NCBI GenBank assembly: GCA_002269645.1
Contig: NIVC01000616.1
Location: 248,001 to 312,000, forward strand
Direction of reading: 5' to 3'
DNA: 64,000 bases
Source of the DNA: Macrostomum lignano
Taxonomy: Eukaryota
Position numbers and translations under genes: made by a program
Part shown: positions 1 to 12,200 of the stretch, piece after piece
Layout of the letters: the number at the start of each line of letters is the position of its first letter
Position numbering within the stretch: the stretch's first letter is position 1
The notes under the pieces: model-generated
The model's input: the letters and a program-made list of their open reading frames with translations, nothing else
Database searches by the model: none
What the model was told of the DNA's origin: nothing

Positions 1-500
1 TTCATGTCTTGTTTTTACTCCAAATAGTAATTATTGAATGTTCAAACTTCACTACTTACCAACCAGTCAGTAGTACGGTGTAGCAGAATTCTATTCTAAC
101 GAAAGCAACTATTTTTTACGTTTCTAAGATAACTTTTTTTAGATATTCCCGATGTTTTTTTCGGCTTGGCGTGCAAGTTTGTTGTTGGCTTCTGTGATTT
201 ATCATGTTTTTTAGCTTCTTTCTCGATTTTAGCCATATAGCTTTTTATGATCTCCCTATACTGTTATACATTGATTACCAATCAGCAACTCGACACTGCG
301 ATATGTTATCCTCTATTGTGCATGTAGATATTCATTTCCTTCTGCATTAATTCAATAGTTTGTTTTAATTTGTTTCAATATTTTGCTTACCTTCAGAGGA
401 ATAAAATGGAAAGAGTTGCTTATTTATAAGAACATTTTGTCGCTCAAATTTTCTGGTTTATTGTTTGTTCTTTTTTGCTATGGGCCGCCAGTCATTCTAC

Positions 501-1500
501 AGAATCGCCCCTCAGTTACCCCAGAGAATTGCCCCTCAGTTACCCTAGAGAATCGCCCCTCACCACCCCATAAGAATCGCCCCTCAGCCACCCCAAAAGA
601 ATCGCCCCTCAGCCACCCCAGAAGAATCGCTCCTCCACCACTCCATAAGAATCGCCCCTCAGCCACCCAAAAGAATCGCCCCTCAGCCACCCCAAAAGAA
701 TCGCCCCTCAGCCACCCCAGAAAAATCGCTCCTCCACCACTCCATAAGAATCGCCCCTCAGCCACCCCAAAAGAATCGCCCCTCAGCCGCTCCCTAAGAA
801 TCGCTCCTCCACCACTCCATAAGAATCGCCCCTCAGCCACTCCCTAAGAATCGCCCCTCAACCACTCCATAAGAATCGCCCCTCAGCCACTCCCTAAGAA
901 TCGCCCCTCAACCACTCCATAAGAATCGCCCCTCAGCCACTCCATCATAAGAATCGCCTCTCAGCCACCCCATAAGAATCGCCCCTCAGCCACCCCAAAA
1001 GAATCGCCCCTCAGCCACCCCACCCCATAAGAATCGCCCCTCAGCCACCCTATAAGAATCGCCCCTCAGTCACCCCATAAGAATCGCCCCTCAGCCACCC
1101 CACAAGATTCGCCCCTCAGCCAACCCATAAGAATCGCCCCTCAGCCACCCCATAAGAATCGCCCCTCAACCATGCACTCCATAAGAATCGCCCCTCAGCC
1201 ACCCCATAAGAATCGCCCCTCAGCCACCCCATGAGAATCGCCCCTCAGCCACCCCATGAGAATCGCCCCTCAGCCACTCCATCATAAGAATCGTTCTCAG
1301 CCACCCCATAAGAATCGCCCCTCAGCCACCCCACAAGAATCGCCCCTCAGCCACCCCACAAGAATCGCCCCTCAGCCACCCCATAAGAATCGCCCCTCAG
1401 CCACCCCATGAGAATCGCCCCTCAGCCACCCCATGAGAATCGCCCCTCAGCCACCCCATGAGAATCGCCCCTCAGCCACCCCATGAGAATCGCTCCTCAG
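501..1500. repeat. ~25-bp minisatellite (AAGAATCGCCCCTCAGCCACCCCAT)n
   Basis: Directly visible tandem array; a second array of the same unit lies at ~16165-16765. Confidence 0.95.
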
Positions 1501-1520
1501 CCAGCTCGCCGCCCCTGCAG

Positions 1521-3819
1521 GACCTGATCTTCCTGGGCACAGCCAGCTCGTACCCGTCGCCGCACCGCTGCGCCTCCGGCCTGATCGTCAGGTTCCATGC
1601 CGACGGCGACTGCTGGCTGTTCGACTGCGGCGAGTCTATTCAGGTGCAGCTGATGCGCTCGCCGGTGAAGCTGGGCCGAATCTCGCGCATCTTCATCACA
1701 CACCTGCACGGCGATCACAGCTTCGGCCTGCCGGGCCTTATCAGCACCCTGGGCGGCGGTCGCTGCGAGGCCGGCTCGGTGCTCACCGTGTGCGGGCCGC
1801 CCGGTACCCGGCAGTTCCTGCGGCAGAGTCTGGCTTATGCTAGAAGCGATCTGGTCGGGGTGAGGTCGGGGTGGTCCCCCGAGTCTGTACTCTGCTTCAT
1901 CTCGAAAGCAACTCTAGGCTGAGTCTCCTCTTGCCTCATCTCCTCTCTCCCCTTCTCTCTTGTCTCCTCTCTGCTCTCCTCTCTGTGATAGTTGCCACTG
2001 CGGGTGTAGAAACTTGTATGGTTTGAGGGGTTGGCTCGCAAGGCGGCTGGCTGGTGGCACTCGAGAGCGCCGCGCTGGACCACTGGGCCCTGGCCCTCGT
2101 CATTGATCCACAATCCGTTGCCTGTTTAAACACGCAGTGCTCAGACAAACTGTCGCTTAAGCAGCCGCTACAATCCTCCTCACTTTCAAAACTCTCTCCG
2201 AACTGCTCAGATTCGCCTCGCCATCCGAGAGCTCGCAGGCGTCCCCCTGCTGATGCCGGCGCCCGAGAATGCCCAGATGGAGGCCATCCTTGCCGCAGTC
2301 GCCAGTGACAGCCGCCAAGGCCTGCTGCCCGCCCTGCCCTACGAGATTGACATCGCCGATGCCGACCGACAACCCGACGGCACTTGGACTGTCGTGTCCG
2401 ACCAGGAGGCCGCTGCCGCTAGCGGCGGGGTCACAGTGCAGGCAGCCGCGCTCAGCCACCGGGTGCCCTGTGTGGGGTACAGGCTGGCCACCCGGGCTCC
2501 GGCCACCGGGCACTTGCAGCCGGAGCTGGCATACCAGCTGGGCCTGGCCAGATCTGGCGAATCTGCCCTGCTGGGCGAATTGAAGAGAGGCCGAACCGTG
2601 ACGACCCGATCTGGGGCTGTTATCAGGCCTGAGCAGGTGAGTGAGAATGGGCTTGGGTTAGGCTCTAACTTAAGTTGGAAACTAAATTCCCTTAGTTAAA
2701 GCTCTGATTCATCTGCAGTCTCTGAGACCCCCCAGTCACCTGAAGTCCCTGAATTTCCTTAGTTATTTACAGTTACAGAATCCCCAGAGTCACCTGAAGC
2801 CCCTAAATCCCTAGTCACCTGAAGCCCCTGAATCTCCAGTCACCTGAGGCCCCTGAATCCCCAGTCACCTGAGGCCCCTGAGGCCCCTGAGGCCCCTGAA
2901 TCCCAGTCACCTGAGGCCCCTGAGGCCCCTGAATCCCAGTCACCTGAGGCCCCTGAATCCCCAGTCACCTGAGGCCCCTGAATCCCCAGTCACCTGAGGC
3001 CCCTGAATCCCCAGTCACCTGAGGCCCCTGAGGCCCCTGAATCCCCAGTCACCTGAGGCCCCTGAGGCCCCTGAATCCCCAGTCACCTGAGGCCCCTGAG
3101 GCCCCTGAATCCCCAGTCACCTGAGGCCCCTGAATCCCCAGTCACCTGAAGCCCCTGATTCACCCGAAGTCCCTGAGTCGTCTGAAATCCGTGTCGCTGA
3201 GCCTACTAGCCTCGATTCGATGCGTTACCTCAGTCCAATAGTCAGTCCTTGAGTGTCTGGGTCCCTGAGTGTCTGAATCCTTGAGTGTCTGAGTCCTTGA
3301 GTGTCTGGGTCCTTGAGTGTCTGAGTCCTTGAGTCCCTGAGTCCCTGAGTCCTTGAGTCCCCGAGACCTTAAGTCCGTACCCAGTCAGCCGATCCGGAAA
3401 CCCGGGTGCCGCCGCAGGTGACAGCTGCTCCGCCCCCGCCGCTTCGCCTGGCAGTCTTCGGCGACACCTGCAACTCCGACCTGGCAGCCGACATGTGCCG
3501 CGGCGTCGACTGCGTGGTTCACGAGGCCACCGGGGACAATTCGCTGACTGACAGCTGCTTGGAGAAGGGCCACTCCACGCCCGCCATGGCTGCCCAGTTT
3601 GCCCGCCAAGTCGGTGCCAAATGCCTCCTGCTGACTCACTTCAGCCAGCGCTACACGGACGGAGCCGGGCCCACCGTCAGCGACGCCTCGGTGGAGCTGC
3701 TGCGGCGGCAGGCCGAGGCGGCCCTGGACGGTAGCGGCATCGACCTGCGGATGGCCGCCGACCTCCGGCAGTTCGCTGTCACCCACGAGGGCGTCAAGTT
3801 TGTGGCTGATCACGGCTGA
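1521..3819 (+). CDS. ELAC1: Short-form tRNase Z (RNase Z / ELAC1); exons 1521-1859, 2211-2636, 3418-3819; start Met not genomically evident
   Basis: DLIFLGTASSYPSP N-terminus, WLFDCGE, HLHGDH metallo-beta-lactamase motif, SHRVPCVGY, GDT, HEAT, HST, LTHFSQRY. Both introns are GT-AG and phase 0 (GGG|gtgagg...ctcag|ATT; CAG|gtgagt...cgcag|GTG). Confidence 0.95.
2790..3360. repeat. Intronic minisatellites (CACCTGAGGCCCCTGAATCCCCAGT-type and CTTGAGTGTCTGAGTC-type)
   Basis: Tandem arrays inside ELAC1 intron 2. Confidence 0.9.
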
Positions 3820-3959
3820 TGCGGCTGGTCGACTTTTTGTGCCCAACCTTCCAGAATCCCGCGTGCTCAATGACCGGCTGCCGAAGTCCCATTCTCAGCT
3901 TGGGTTTTAAAATGCGTTCCAGCTTTAATCCTTATTCTGCGATTCTAATTCTCCCCTAT

Positions 3960-4350
3960 CCCCATTTTGGTATTCTACCTAACTTTTAATCCCCAATCTC
4001 GTAATTTTCCGTAATCCTCATTTTGAGCCTCCAATTCTCGCTAATCCTCGTTTTGGGATTCTAATTATCTCTGATCCTCATTTTGGGGTTCTAATTCTCC
4101 ATGATCCTCATTTGGGATTCTAATTCTCTCTGATCCTCATTTTGGGATTTTAATTCTTCCTAATCCTCATTTTGGGATTCTAATTCTATCTAATCCCTGT
4201 TTTGGGTTTCTAATTCTCCATAATCCTCATTTTGGGATTCTAATTCTCTCTGATCCTCATTTGGGGATTCTAATTCTCCCTAATCTTCATTTTGGGATTA
4301 TAATTCTCTCTAATCCCTGTTTTGGGATTCAACCTTCCTAATCCCCAGTC
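3960..4350. repeat. Degenerate ~40-bp tandem repeat (ATCCTCATTTTGGGATTCTAATTCTC...)
   Basis: Visible periodicity downstream of the ELAC1 stop. Confidence 0.8.
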
Positions 4351-4804
4351 TAGAATTCTAAGCTTATTTAATCCTTAGTTTGGTGTTTTAAGCCTTCCAA
4401 ATCCTTGGGATTCTGATATACCCCTTCTTTGATTTCCCGTTAGGAATTGCCACCCATTTAAATTTCATATTAAAAAGTTTCCACGTGAGGCTTATTTCAA
4501 GCCTTCATTATTCATTTCCCTGTGTCAACAAATATCTCTGAGCCTGCAAGGTCCGGCCTACTAATGATTTCCTAGTAATTGCGCATTTGAACTTTGAGTC
4601 CTGCTTTCTCAAGCTTACAATCTTCACTGTGCCTGTTGCTTGTTGTTTTTTGTATTAATATAGTTCTTTTAACTGTTAGCGCTTGCGTTTTGTGCACTAA
4701 AAAATACAATGATGGTTTTAATGAAGTTTTTTGTGCTGTAGTTTCTCCTTTGTACTGTATTGATTTCTGTTAGCTAAGTAACTTCAAGACTTGCACCAAG
4801 GCGC

Positions 4805-4995
4805 CTGCCAGTGGGTGGGTAAACGCGTCTGACTCTCACCCGAGGACCCCTAAGCCCTGGTTCAATTCTGTTTCACAGCCATGAGGGAACCCCCCCCCCA
4901 CCCAAGGCAGAGAGTGTAGATACCTGTATACCCTGTGTGAGCGTGTGTATGAGTGCGTGCCTGCGTACAGCATTGGCGCGCTTGCATGTGCGAAA
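4805..4995 (+). mobile_element. Dispersed repeat, possibly a SINE remnant with a tRNA-like head; related segment at ~19600-19720
   Basis: B-box-like GGTTCAATTC at ~4859. The block ACCCTGTGTGAGCG...TACAGCATTGGCGCG.TTGCATGTGC is shared with ~19657-19720. Confidence 0.45.
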
Positions 4996-5167
4996 TGAAG
5001 CAGTGCTGGTTGGGGTTATGTTACGAGTAAAAACAAATTAAAGATTTCAGGAAACTAAAAAAGTCAAATCCAGTGCCTGTGCTTAGCGAGCAAGAGAAAA
5101 AGGGTGGCGCCCCAGCCAGGCCGATTAACAGTTAGGCTTTCCTCTTTCGTCCGTCTGACTTTGCCCT

Positions 5168-5495
5168 CTCCTTACTGCTCTCTCATTGGCTGAGCTAGAT
5201 TGGGCCTGTTCCCCTTACTGCTCTCTCATTGGCTGAGCTAGATTGGGCCTGTTCCCCTTACTGCTCTCTCATTGGCTGAGCTAGATTGGGCCTGTTCCTC
5301 TTACTGCGCTCTCATTGGCTGAGCTAGATTGGGCCTGTCCCCTTACTACTTTATCATTGGCTGAGCTAGATTGGGCCTGTCCCCTTACTACTTTATCATT
5401 AGCTGAGCTAGATTAGGCCTGCCCCTGGACTGAGTTTTCGTCCGTCTGACTTTGACCTCTCTCCTTACTGCTCCCTCATTGGCTGAGCTAAATTA
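5168..5495. repeat. ~43-bp tandem repeat with ATTGG (CCAAT-box) motifs upstream of YPEL5
   Basis: About 7 units of CTTACTGCTCTCTCATTGGCTGAGCTAGATTGGGCCTGTTCCC. Confidence 0.85.
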
Positions 5496-5805
5496 GGCGG
5501 CCTGTCTCCCAAGGCTGAGTTTTCGTCGATCTTGCGGTCACTTGTGTACATCGAGTTAAATGCTTGTTGTTCATTCTTAATTCCATATACTCCTCAGGCC
5601 GTAAACCCCGAGGAAGGAAAGCAAATTTTAGCTGCCATATTAAATTTAAGTGACAGTGCGCAAACAAACTACTGAAAAATGAGTAGACGTTCTAGTTTTT
5701 CAAAAATTTAGTTATGAAAACCAGCTAAAACGTCACTAAAATTCATGCCCCGCTGGGTACTGCGCCGCTTTCAGTAAATCCCCAGAATTCAATGCTAGCT
5801 ACAGC

Positions 5806-6162
5806 ATGGGCCGCCTGCACATTGAGCACATGGGCGGCGAGCGGGTGTTCAGCTGCGCCAACTGCGACTGTCCCCTCACCAACCGGCAGCAGCTCATCAG
5901 CACCCGGTTCACCGGTGCCACCGGTAGGGCCTTCCTGTTTAACCGGGTGGTGAACCTGGACACTAGCGAGCTGCAGGACCGGGTGATGCTCACAGGCAGG
6001 CACATGGTTCGCGATGTGAGCTGCAGGAAGTGCAAGACCAAGCTGGGCTGGGTGTACGAGTTCGCCACCGAGGAGAGCCAGCAGTACAAGGAGGGCAAGA
6101 TCATCCTGGAGAGGGCGCTCATCAATGAGAGCGAAGGCTTCCCGGATCCGGTCAAGGATTAG
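5806..6162 (+). CDS. YPEL5: Yippee-like protein 5 (zinc-binding, CTLH-complex associated), single coding exon
   Basis: [20 protein letters not shown]...[20 protein letters not shown]...[34 protein letters not shown] is close to human YPEL5 as recalled. The ATG lies 1 nt after an AG acceptor. Confidence 0.97.
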   Translation: MGRLHIEHMGGERVFSCANCDCPLTNRQQLISTRFTGATGRAFLFNRVVNLDTSELQDRVMLTGRHMVRDVSCRKCKTKLGWVYEFATEESQQYKEGKIILERALINESEGFPDPVKD

Positions 6163-6339
6163 AGGGGGCGCCTCCGACCGCATCATGGCCGCATCTGAGC
6201 ACACATTAAAGCAGTCTAGAGACTAAAATATCTGCCAATATTTTTGTTAAATCACCTGATCGAAACTGGTTTGAAGCTTCTGTTTTTTGCGCATTCATTC
6301 TGTCATGGCATTTTTGTCGAGATTTTATTTTTTCAATTT

Positions 6340-7140
6340 GTGTCTTGAGCGCATACGTGTCTGGAACTGTCTGTGTCTTGTGCCTGTAACTGTTTCCGAG
6401 TGTCTGTAACTGTCTCGTGTGTAATTGTGTCCGAGTGCCTGTAACTGTCTGTTCTTTTTGCCTAACTGTGTCCGAGTGTCTGTAACTGTCTGTCATGTGT
6501 CTGTAATTGTCTGTCCTGTGTCTGTAACTGTGTCTTGTGTCTGTAATTGTCTGTTCTTTGTGTCTGTAACCGTGTCTAAGTGTCTGTAACTGTGTCTGAG
6601 TGTCTGTAACTGTATGTCTTCTGATTGTAACACTGTGTCTGAGTGTCTGTAACTATATGTGTCTTCTGATCGTAACTGTGTCCGAGTTTCTGTAACCGTG
6701 TCTGAGTGTCTGTAACTGTATGTGTCCTGAGTATCTGTAACTCTCTGTTCCTGTGTCTGCAACTGTGCCTCGGTGTCTGTAACTGTCTGTTCCTTGTGTC
6801 TGCAACTGTGCCTCGGTGTCTGTAACTGTCTGTTCCTGTGTCTGCAACTGTGCCTCGGTGTCTGTAACTGTCTGTTCCTTGTGTCTGCAACTGTGACTCG
6901 GTGTCTGTAACTGTCTGTTCCTTGTGTCTGCAACTGTGCCTCGGTGTCTGTAACTGTCTGTTCCTTGTGTCTGCAACTGTGCCTCGGTGTCTGTAACTGC
7001 GCCCGAGTTTCTGTAACTGTGTCTGAGTGTCTGCTCCTTGTGTCTGTAACTGTGCCTGAGTGTCTGTAGCCGTGTCTGAGTGTCTGTAACTGTCTGTGTC
7101 CTGAACGTCTGTAACTATCTGTGTCTGCCTGAGGCTGTGG
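6340..7140. repeat. Degenerate TGTCTGTAAC-based tandem repeat
   Basis: Visible periodic sequence; explains the spurious minus-strand ORFs. Confidence 0.9.
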
Positions 7141-7774
7141 CTCTGTGTCTGGGCCTCTTGTGACAGTCCTTCATATTTTCAATTTGCATTCTGTCTCGCC
7201 TCCAATCTGTCTCAGCGCGTCATTTCGCGTATTTTTTAACTGTCTGACTGTCCTGATTATTATCCCAGCAACCAGCATCGCATCTGTGGTTTGGCCTCCA
7301 GTGATCATTTATACTTCAATTTTATTGATTATTGTTGATATAAATCGCCTTAGTGATTACTATTCACAGTTAATATGTCTGTGCACGTGTAGCTCCTGAG
7401 TCGTTGTGGCTCTGTGTATATCTGAGTTTTGGTTTTTGCAGTCATTTCATAGAATAATATGATCAACACCTTTAGAGTCATTTTGGTCATCCAAGCCTTC
7501 CGTTTTTTTCATTTTTCCTGTCATTTGATTTTGATGAAGCCCAGTCTCTGTTGCTGCCGAGTCAGCTCTGGAAATATATGAGAGAATTCGCTCCAGTGTT
7601 TTCACACCTTGCCGACTGTATTTTAGTGACAGGAAACTGCAGATATTTATTCTTCGTTGCTAATTGTCCCTTCTGTCTTTTTGATTTCGGATAATTCAGC
7701 CTTGAGTCGCCTTAGAGGTTGCTCTTAGGAAATTTCCCCATATGCATGTAGTCTCTTATCTCCAAAAACCGGCC

Positions 7775-9060
7775 GTAATCCCTGTTGGATAATCGGCCCT
7801 TAATCCCCTGCAAACCCTGCTGGATAATCGGCCCTTAATCCCCTGCAAACCCTGCTAGATAATCGGCCCTTAATCCCCTGTATTCCCTGCTGGATAATCG
7901 GCCCTTAATCCCCTGCAAACCCTGCTGGATAATCGGCCCTTAATCCCCTGCAAACCCTGCTAGATAATCGGCCCTTAATCCCCTGTATTCCCTGCTGGAT
8001 AATCGGCCCTTAATCCCCTGGATACCCTGCTGGATAATCGGCCCTTAATCCCCTGCAAACCCTGCTGGATAATCGGCCCTTAATCCCCTGCAAACCCTGC
8101 TAGATAATCGGCCCTTAATCCCCTGTATTCCCTGCTGGATAATCGGCCCTTAATCCCCTGGATACCCTGCTGGATAATCGGCCCTTAATCCCCTGCAAAC
8201 CCTGCTGGATAATCGGCCCTTAATCCCCTGGATTCCCTGCTGGGCTGGATAATCGGCCCTTAATCCCCTGCAAACCCTGCTAGATAATCGGCCCTTAATC
8301 CCCTGTATTCCCTGCTGGATAATCGGCCCTTAATCCCCTGGATACCCTGCTGGATAATCGGCCCTTAATCCCCTGCAAACCCTGCTGGATAATCGGCCCT
8401 TAATCCCCTGGATTCCCTGCTGGATAATCGGCCCTTAATCCCCTGCAAACCCTGCTAGATAATCTGCCCTTAATCCCCTGGATTCCCTGATGGATAATCG
8501 GCCCTTAATCCTCTAGATACCCTGCTGGATAATCGGCCCTTAATCCCTGGATTCCCTGATGGATAATTGGCTCTTAATCCCCTGGATACCCTGCTGGATA
8601 ATTGGCTCTTAATCCCCTGGATACCCTGCTGGATAATTGGCCCTTAATCCCCTCGGCCCTTAATCCCCTGCAAACCCTGCTGGATAATCGGCCCTTAATC
8701 CCCTGGATTCCCTGCTGGATAATCGGCCCTTAATCCCCTGCAAACCCTGCTAGATAATCTGCCCTTAATCCCCTGGATTCCCTGATGGATAATCGGCCCT
8801 TAATCCCCTGGATTCCCTGATGGATAATTGGCTCTTAATCCCTTGGATACCCTGCTGGATAATTGGCCCTTAATCCCCCGGATTCCCTGCTGGATAATCA
8901 GCCCTTAATCCCCTCGGCCCTTAATCCCCTGCAAACCCTGTTGGATAATCGGCCCTTAATCCCCTGGATTCCCTGCCGGATAATCGGCCCTTAATCCCCT
9001 GGATTCCCTGCCGGATAATCAGCCCTTAATCCCCTGGATACCCTGCTGGATAATTGATTG
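7775..9060. repeat. 35-bp minisatellite (GGATAATCGGCCCTTAATCCCCTGCAAACCCTGCT)n
   Basis: Period 35 (TAATCCCCTG at 7801 and 7836). Confidence 0.95.
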
Positions 9061-9213
9061 GCCATAAATCTTACATAAAGGCTCTCCAACTACCACAGAG
9101 ATTCGCGCTGTACAATCAACCTCCTGACTAGATTAAGTTCGAAAAATATCTTTTAGCTTAAACTTAGCATAATTATAGTTTTGCCGGTAAACTTTGAGAT
9201 CTAAGAATCCCAG

Positions 9214-12200
9214 CGGGATGTTTCAATCTGCTGGAGACGGCGAGCTCTGGTCCTCCTACACCAGCAACGACATCGGAGCCGCAGCCTCCGCAGCAGCAGT
9301 GCGCCTACTTTGTTGCTAGGAAGCAGCGCCAGTGCCGCTTGAGACCGCTGCCCGGACAGTCGCTGTGCGTTGAGCACTGCCCTGCCGGCTCTGCCGCCCC
9401 CGGGGACAGCCGCGGTCACCGAATCCCCTGCCCCCTGGATCCCAAGCACACCGTGTACGCATCCCAGCTGGACAGGCACCTGACCCGGTGCAACTCCCGA
9501 CCCCGCCTGGTGGGCCAGCCCTTCTACCGGCAGGGCGTCAACTCTTGCGACTCGCTCGAGGATCGAACCCGCGACCTCAGCTGGAGCTTGCTGGACCCGC
9601 CGGAGCACGTGCACCGCCGGCTGGACCAGATCATCGCCCTGGTCGACTCGCTGATCCCCGACTCCGATGTTGCCGACCAGCCGGGCGACGCCGACCAGCC
9701 CATCTGGCCCATGATGGCCGCCCAGCTGAGCAATGCAGCCAGGCGGGCCGCCACTTCTTTCAAGTCCAACAAGCGGCGGATTAATAAGAAGCCGCCGGCA
9801 CAGAAGGTGCAGAGCTACTCGTCCTCCTCCTCAGATGATGATGATGAGGATGATGATGGGGAAGGCGGAGGCTTTGAGAACGGCGAGCCGAGGGCGGTGA
9901 CCAACCTGAGACAGCAGGCGAATCTCCTGGCTCTGGCTGAGAAGTCGCAGCTGCTCCGGAGTCCCTGCGCCTACGTTGAGTTTGGCGCCGGCAAAGGCCA
10001 CCTGTGCCACTGGGTGGCTCGCTACTGGTTCGAGTCCAATAGTAAGAAAGGGGAAGGTGAGCCCGCGGACAGCAACGCCTACCTGTTGATTGATCGCGGC
10101 TCGGTGAGGAACAAGCTGGACTGCGCGCACAAATATTCGGGCCAGCGATTCTCCCGGATTCGGGTAGACATTGCCGACTTGCTGCTGCGGCCGCTGCTTC
10201 TTCCGCCTGCTGAGGGTCCGATGAAAACCGCAGTTGCTGGCAGTGCGGCGTCAAGTAGAACACTTTCCACGACAGCAAAGACTTCGGTTCCCATAGCAAC
10301 CATTGAGAAGAAGCCTGTTTCCATGGAAACCAAATCGTCTGATCCGGTAGCGTCAGTTTCCATCGACACAGAAACCTCGGTTTCCATAGCAACTATTAGC
10401 AAGTCGGTTTCTATAGAAAACAAACCGTCCGATCCGATAGCGTCTGTCAACGCAAAATCCGTTGCCATAGCAACTAAAACTTCAGCTACCACAGCAACCG
10501 TTGAAAGGAAACCAGTTTCCATAGAAGCCAAGCCGTCTAATCCTATAGCGTCTGTTGACACTGTGTTTGTTTCCATGGAAACAGAAAGCTCTGTTCCCAA
10601 AGAAATCATTGAGAAGAAGCCTGTATCTGTGGAAACTGAACCGTCTGACCCTTTGGCGTTTGTCATCGCGGATTCCGTTTCCATGGAAACAGAAACCTTG
10701 GTTTCCGTAGAAACAAAACCATCTGATCCTGTATCATCTGTAGACACAGTGTCTGTTTCCATGGCAACCACTGACTCGGACCCAATAGCCTCCGCCGTTG
10801 GCAATCCTGTTTCGGAAACGCCCGCTTCTTCCAAGCAGAAAGGAGGAAAAAAGTTGGCTGCACCTGCCGTGACAACATCGGCCGCTGATGTTCGAGCGGC
10901 ATCCAGGTGCGGAGTCACGGCCCTGGGCAAGCACCTGTGCGGAGCGGCCACGGATCTGGCACTGCGGTGTCTGGCGGGACTGGACTCTGATGCAGAAGAC
11001 GGCAATAGCAGGTGATTGTCCTATTGAGCTCAGTGCATGTCGCTAAACTTCTTTGGTCACATTAGCAGTATAAAGGCTTAGGTATACTCAGCAACATCGA
11101 AAAGTCGCCACTCTGTGCGCCAGTGAGCAACTTCTATTGGAATATTCTGAAATAGAAGATACGAGAAAACTGATTGGGGTAGCTTTACTCCGTCCAACCC
11201 TCGGACACCGCTCCCCCCACTTCATTCCTCAACTGGTCTGCCGTGGCGTAGCTGAGTTGGGTCACTCGCAAAAATTGAGAAACTTCACCTGCACTCTAAA
11301 AAGTGGCAACCACAGACGGAACCACAGAACTTTTAAAACACTTCTTTCTTTTTTACCAGTGACTTTTTTGCCTTTTTAATCAGTCGAAAGGCTCAGCCTA
11401 TCGCATTCTCAAAAATTTTCTTTATTTTTCAAAGTCTAATAGTAATACTAATAATTGATTGCACCTGCTCTAATGGGCAGATGTGCAGCCGACAGCTCAG
11501 CCACAGCTATTGCGCGGCGCATCTGAAGGCTGCGTACGGCTGTTCAGTCCAATTAAGGACTGGGGGGTCGCCACACACACCCTTAATTACCCCAGCTAAT
11601 GCTGGCACCCATTTTACAGCTGGGTGAACTGAAGCAATGTAGAGGTTGCATGTCTTGCTCAAGGACACAAATTGTTCCCGAGTTGGGTCGAGAATCGAAC
11701 CCCCTTGACCTCCAAGTCGTGAGTCCGATGCTCTGACCACTGGGCTGCAACCCCTATGGTCCTTATACTTGAAGGTGTCAGTAATTTCTCATAAATTATT
11801 TCATTTTTAATTGAGGAAACATGTTGCTCCAGCCTTGCGCTGCAAAATTTGATGTTCAGCAGTGGGTCTCCCCTGACCTGAGCATGCAAGCCTGAGCAGC
11901 AAGTTGTGGTGACATAGTGACACGATGAACTTTGCTATAGGTTGCATGCACTGTAGTGTTGACTCACTAGCAGTGGAGTTGTTATTGATCGGCTTAGAGA
12001 TTGTATTTTATTCCACCCCACCCCATGCGCGCGTTTGAATCTGTCTGCACCCACCACCTCAGTGCTAAATAAACAGCCTAGCTCTCAAGCGAGCACCTTT
12101 TACTCACTCCTGCAATTCCACACTTCTGCCTCGCTTAACAAAGTTATCACAAATTATTTCATTTTTAATTGAGGAAACATGTTGCTCCAGCCTTGCGCTG

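Noticed and set aside
1458-1520. ATG 1458 as the ELAC1 start (MRIAPQPPHEN...)
   Set aside because: It lies in a minisatellite unit variant, the peptide is repeat-derived, and a strong acceptor follows at 1520.
5743-6204. Antisense ORFs over YPEL5 and other GC-rich exons
   Set aside because: Shadow ORFs of strongly GC3-biased genes.
10079-11005. 308-aa antisense ORF as a separate gene
   Set aside because: Explained by palindromic VSMET repeats and GC-rich coding sequence on the opposite strand; no independent homology.
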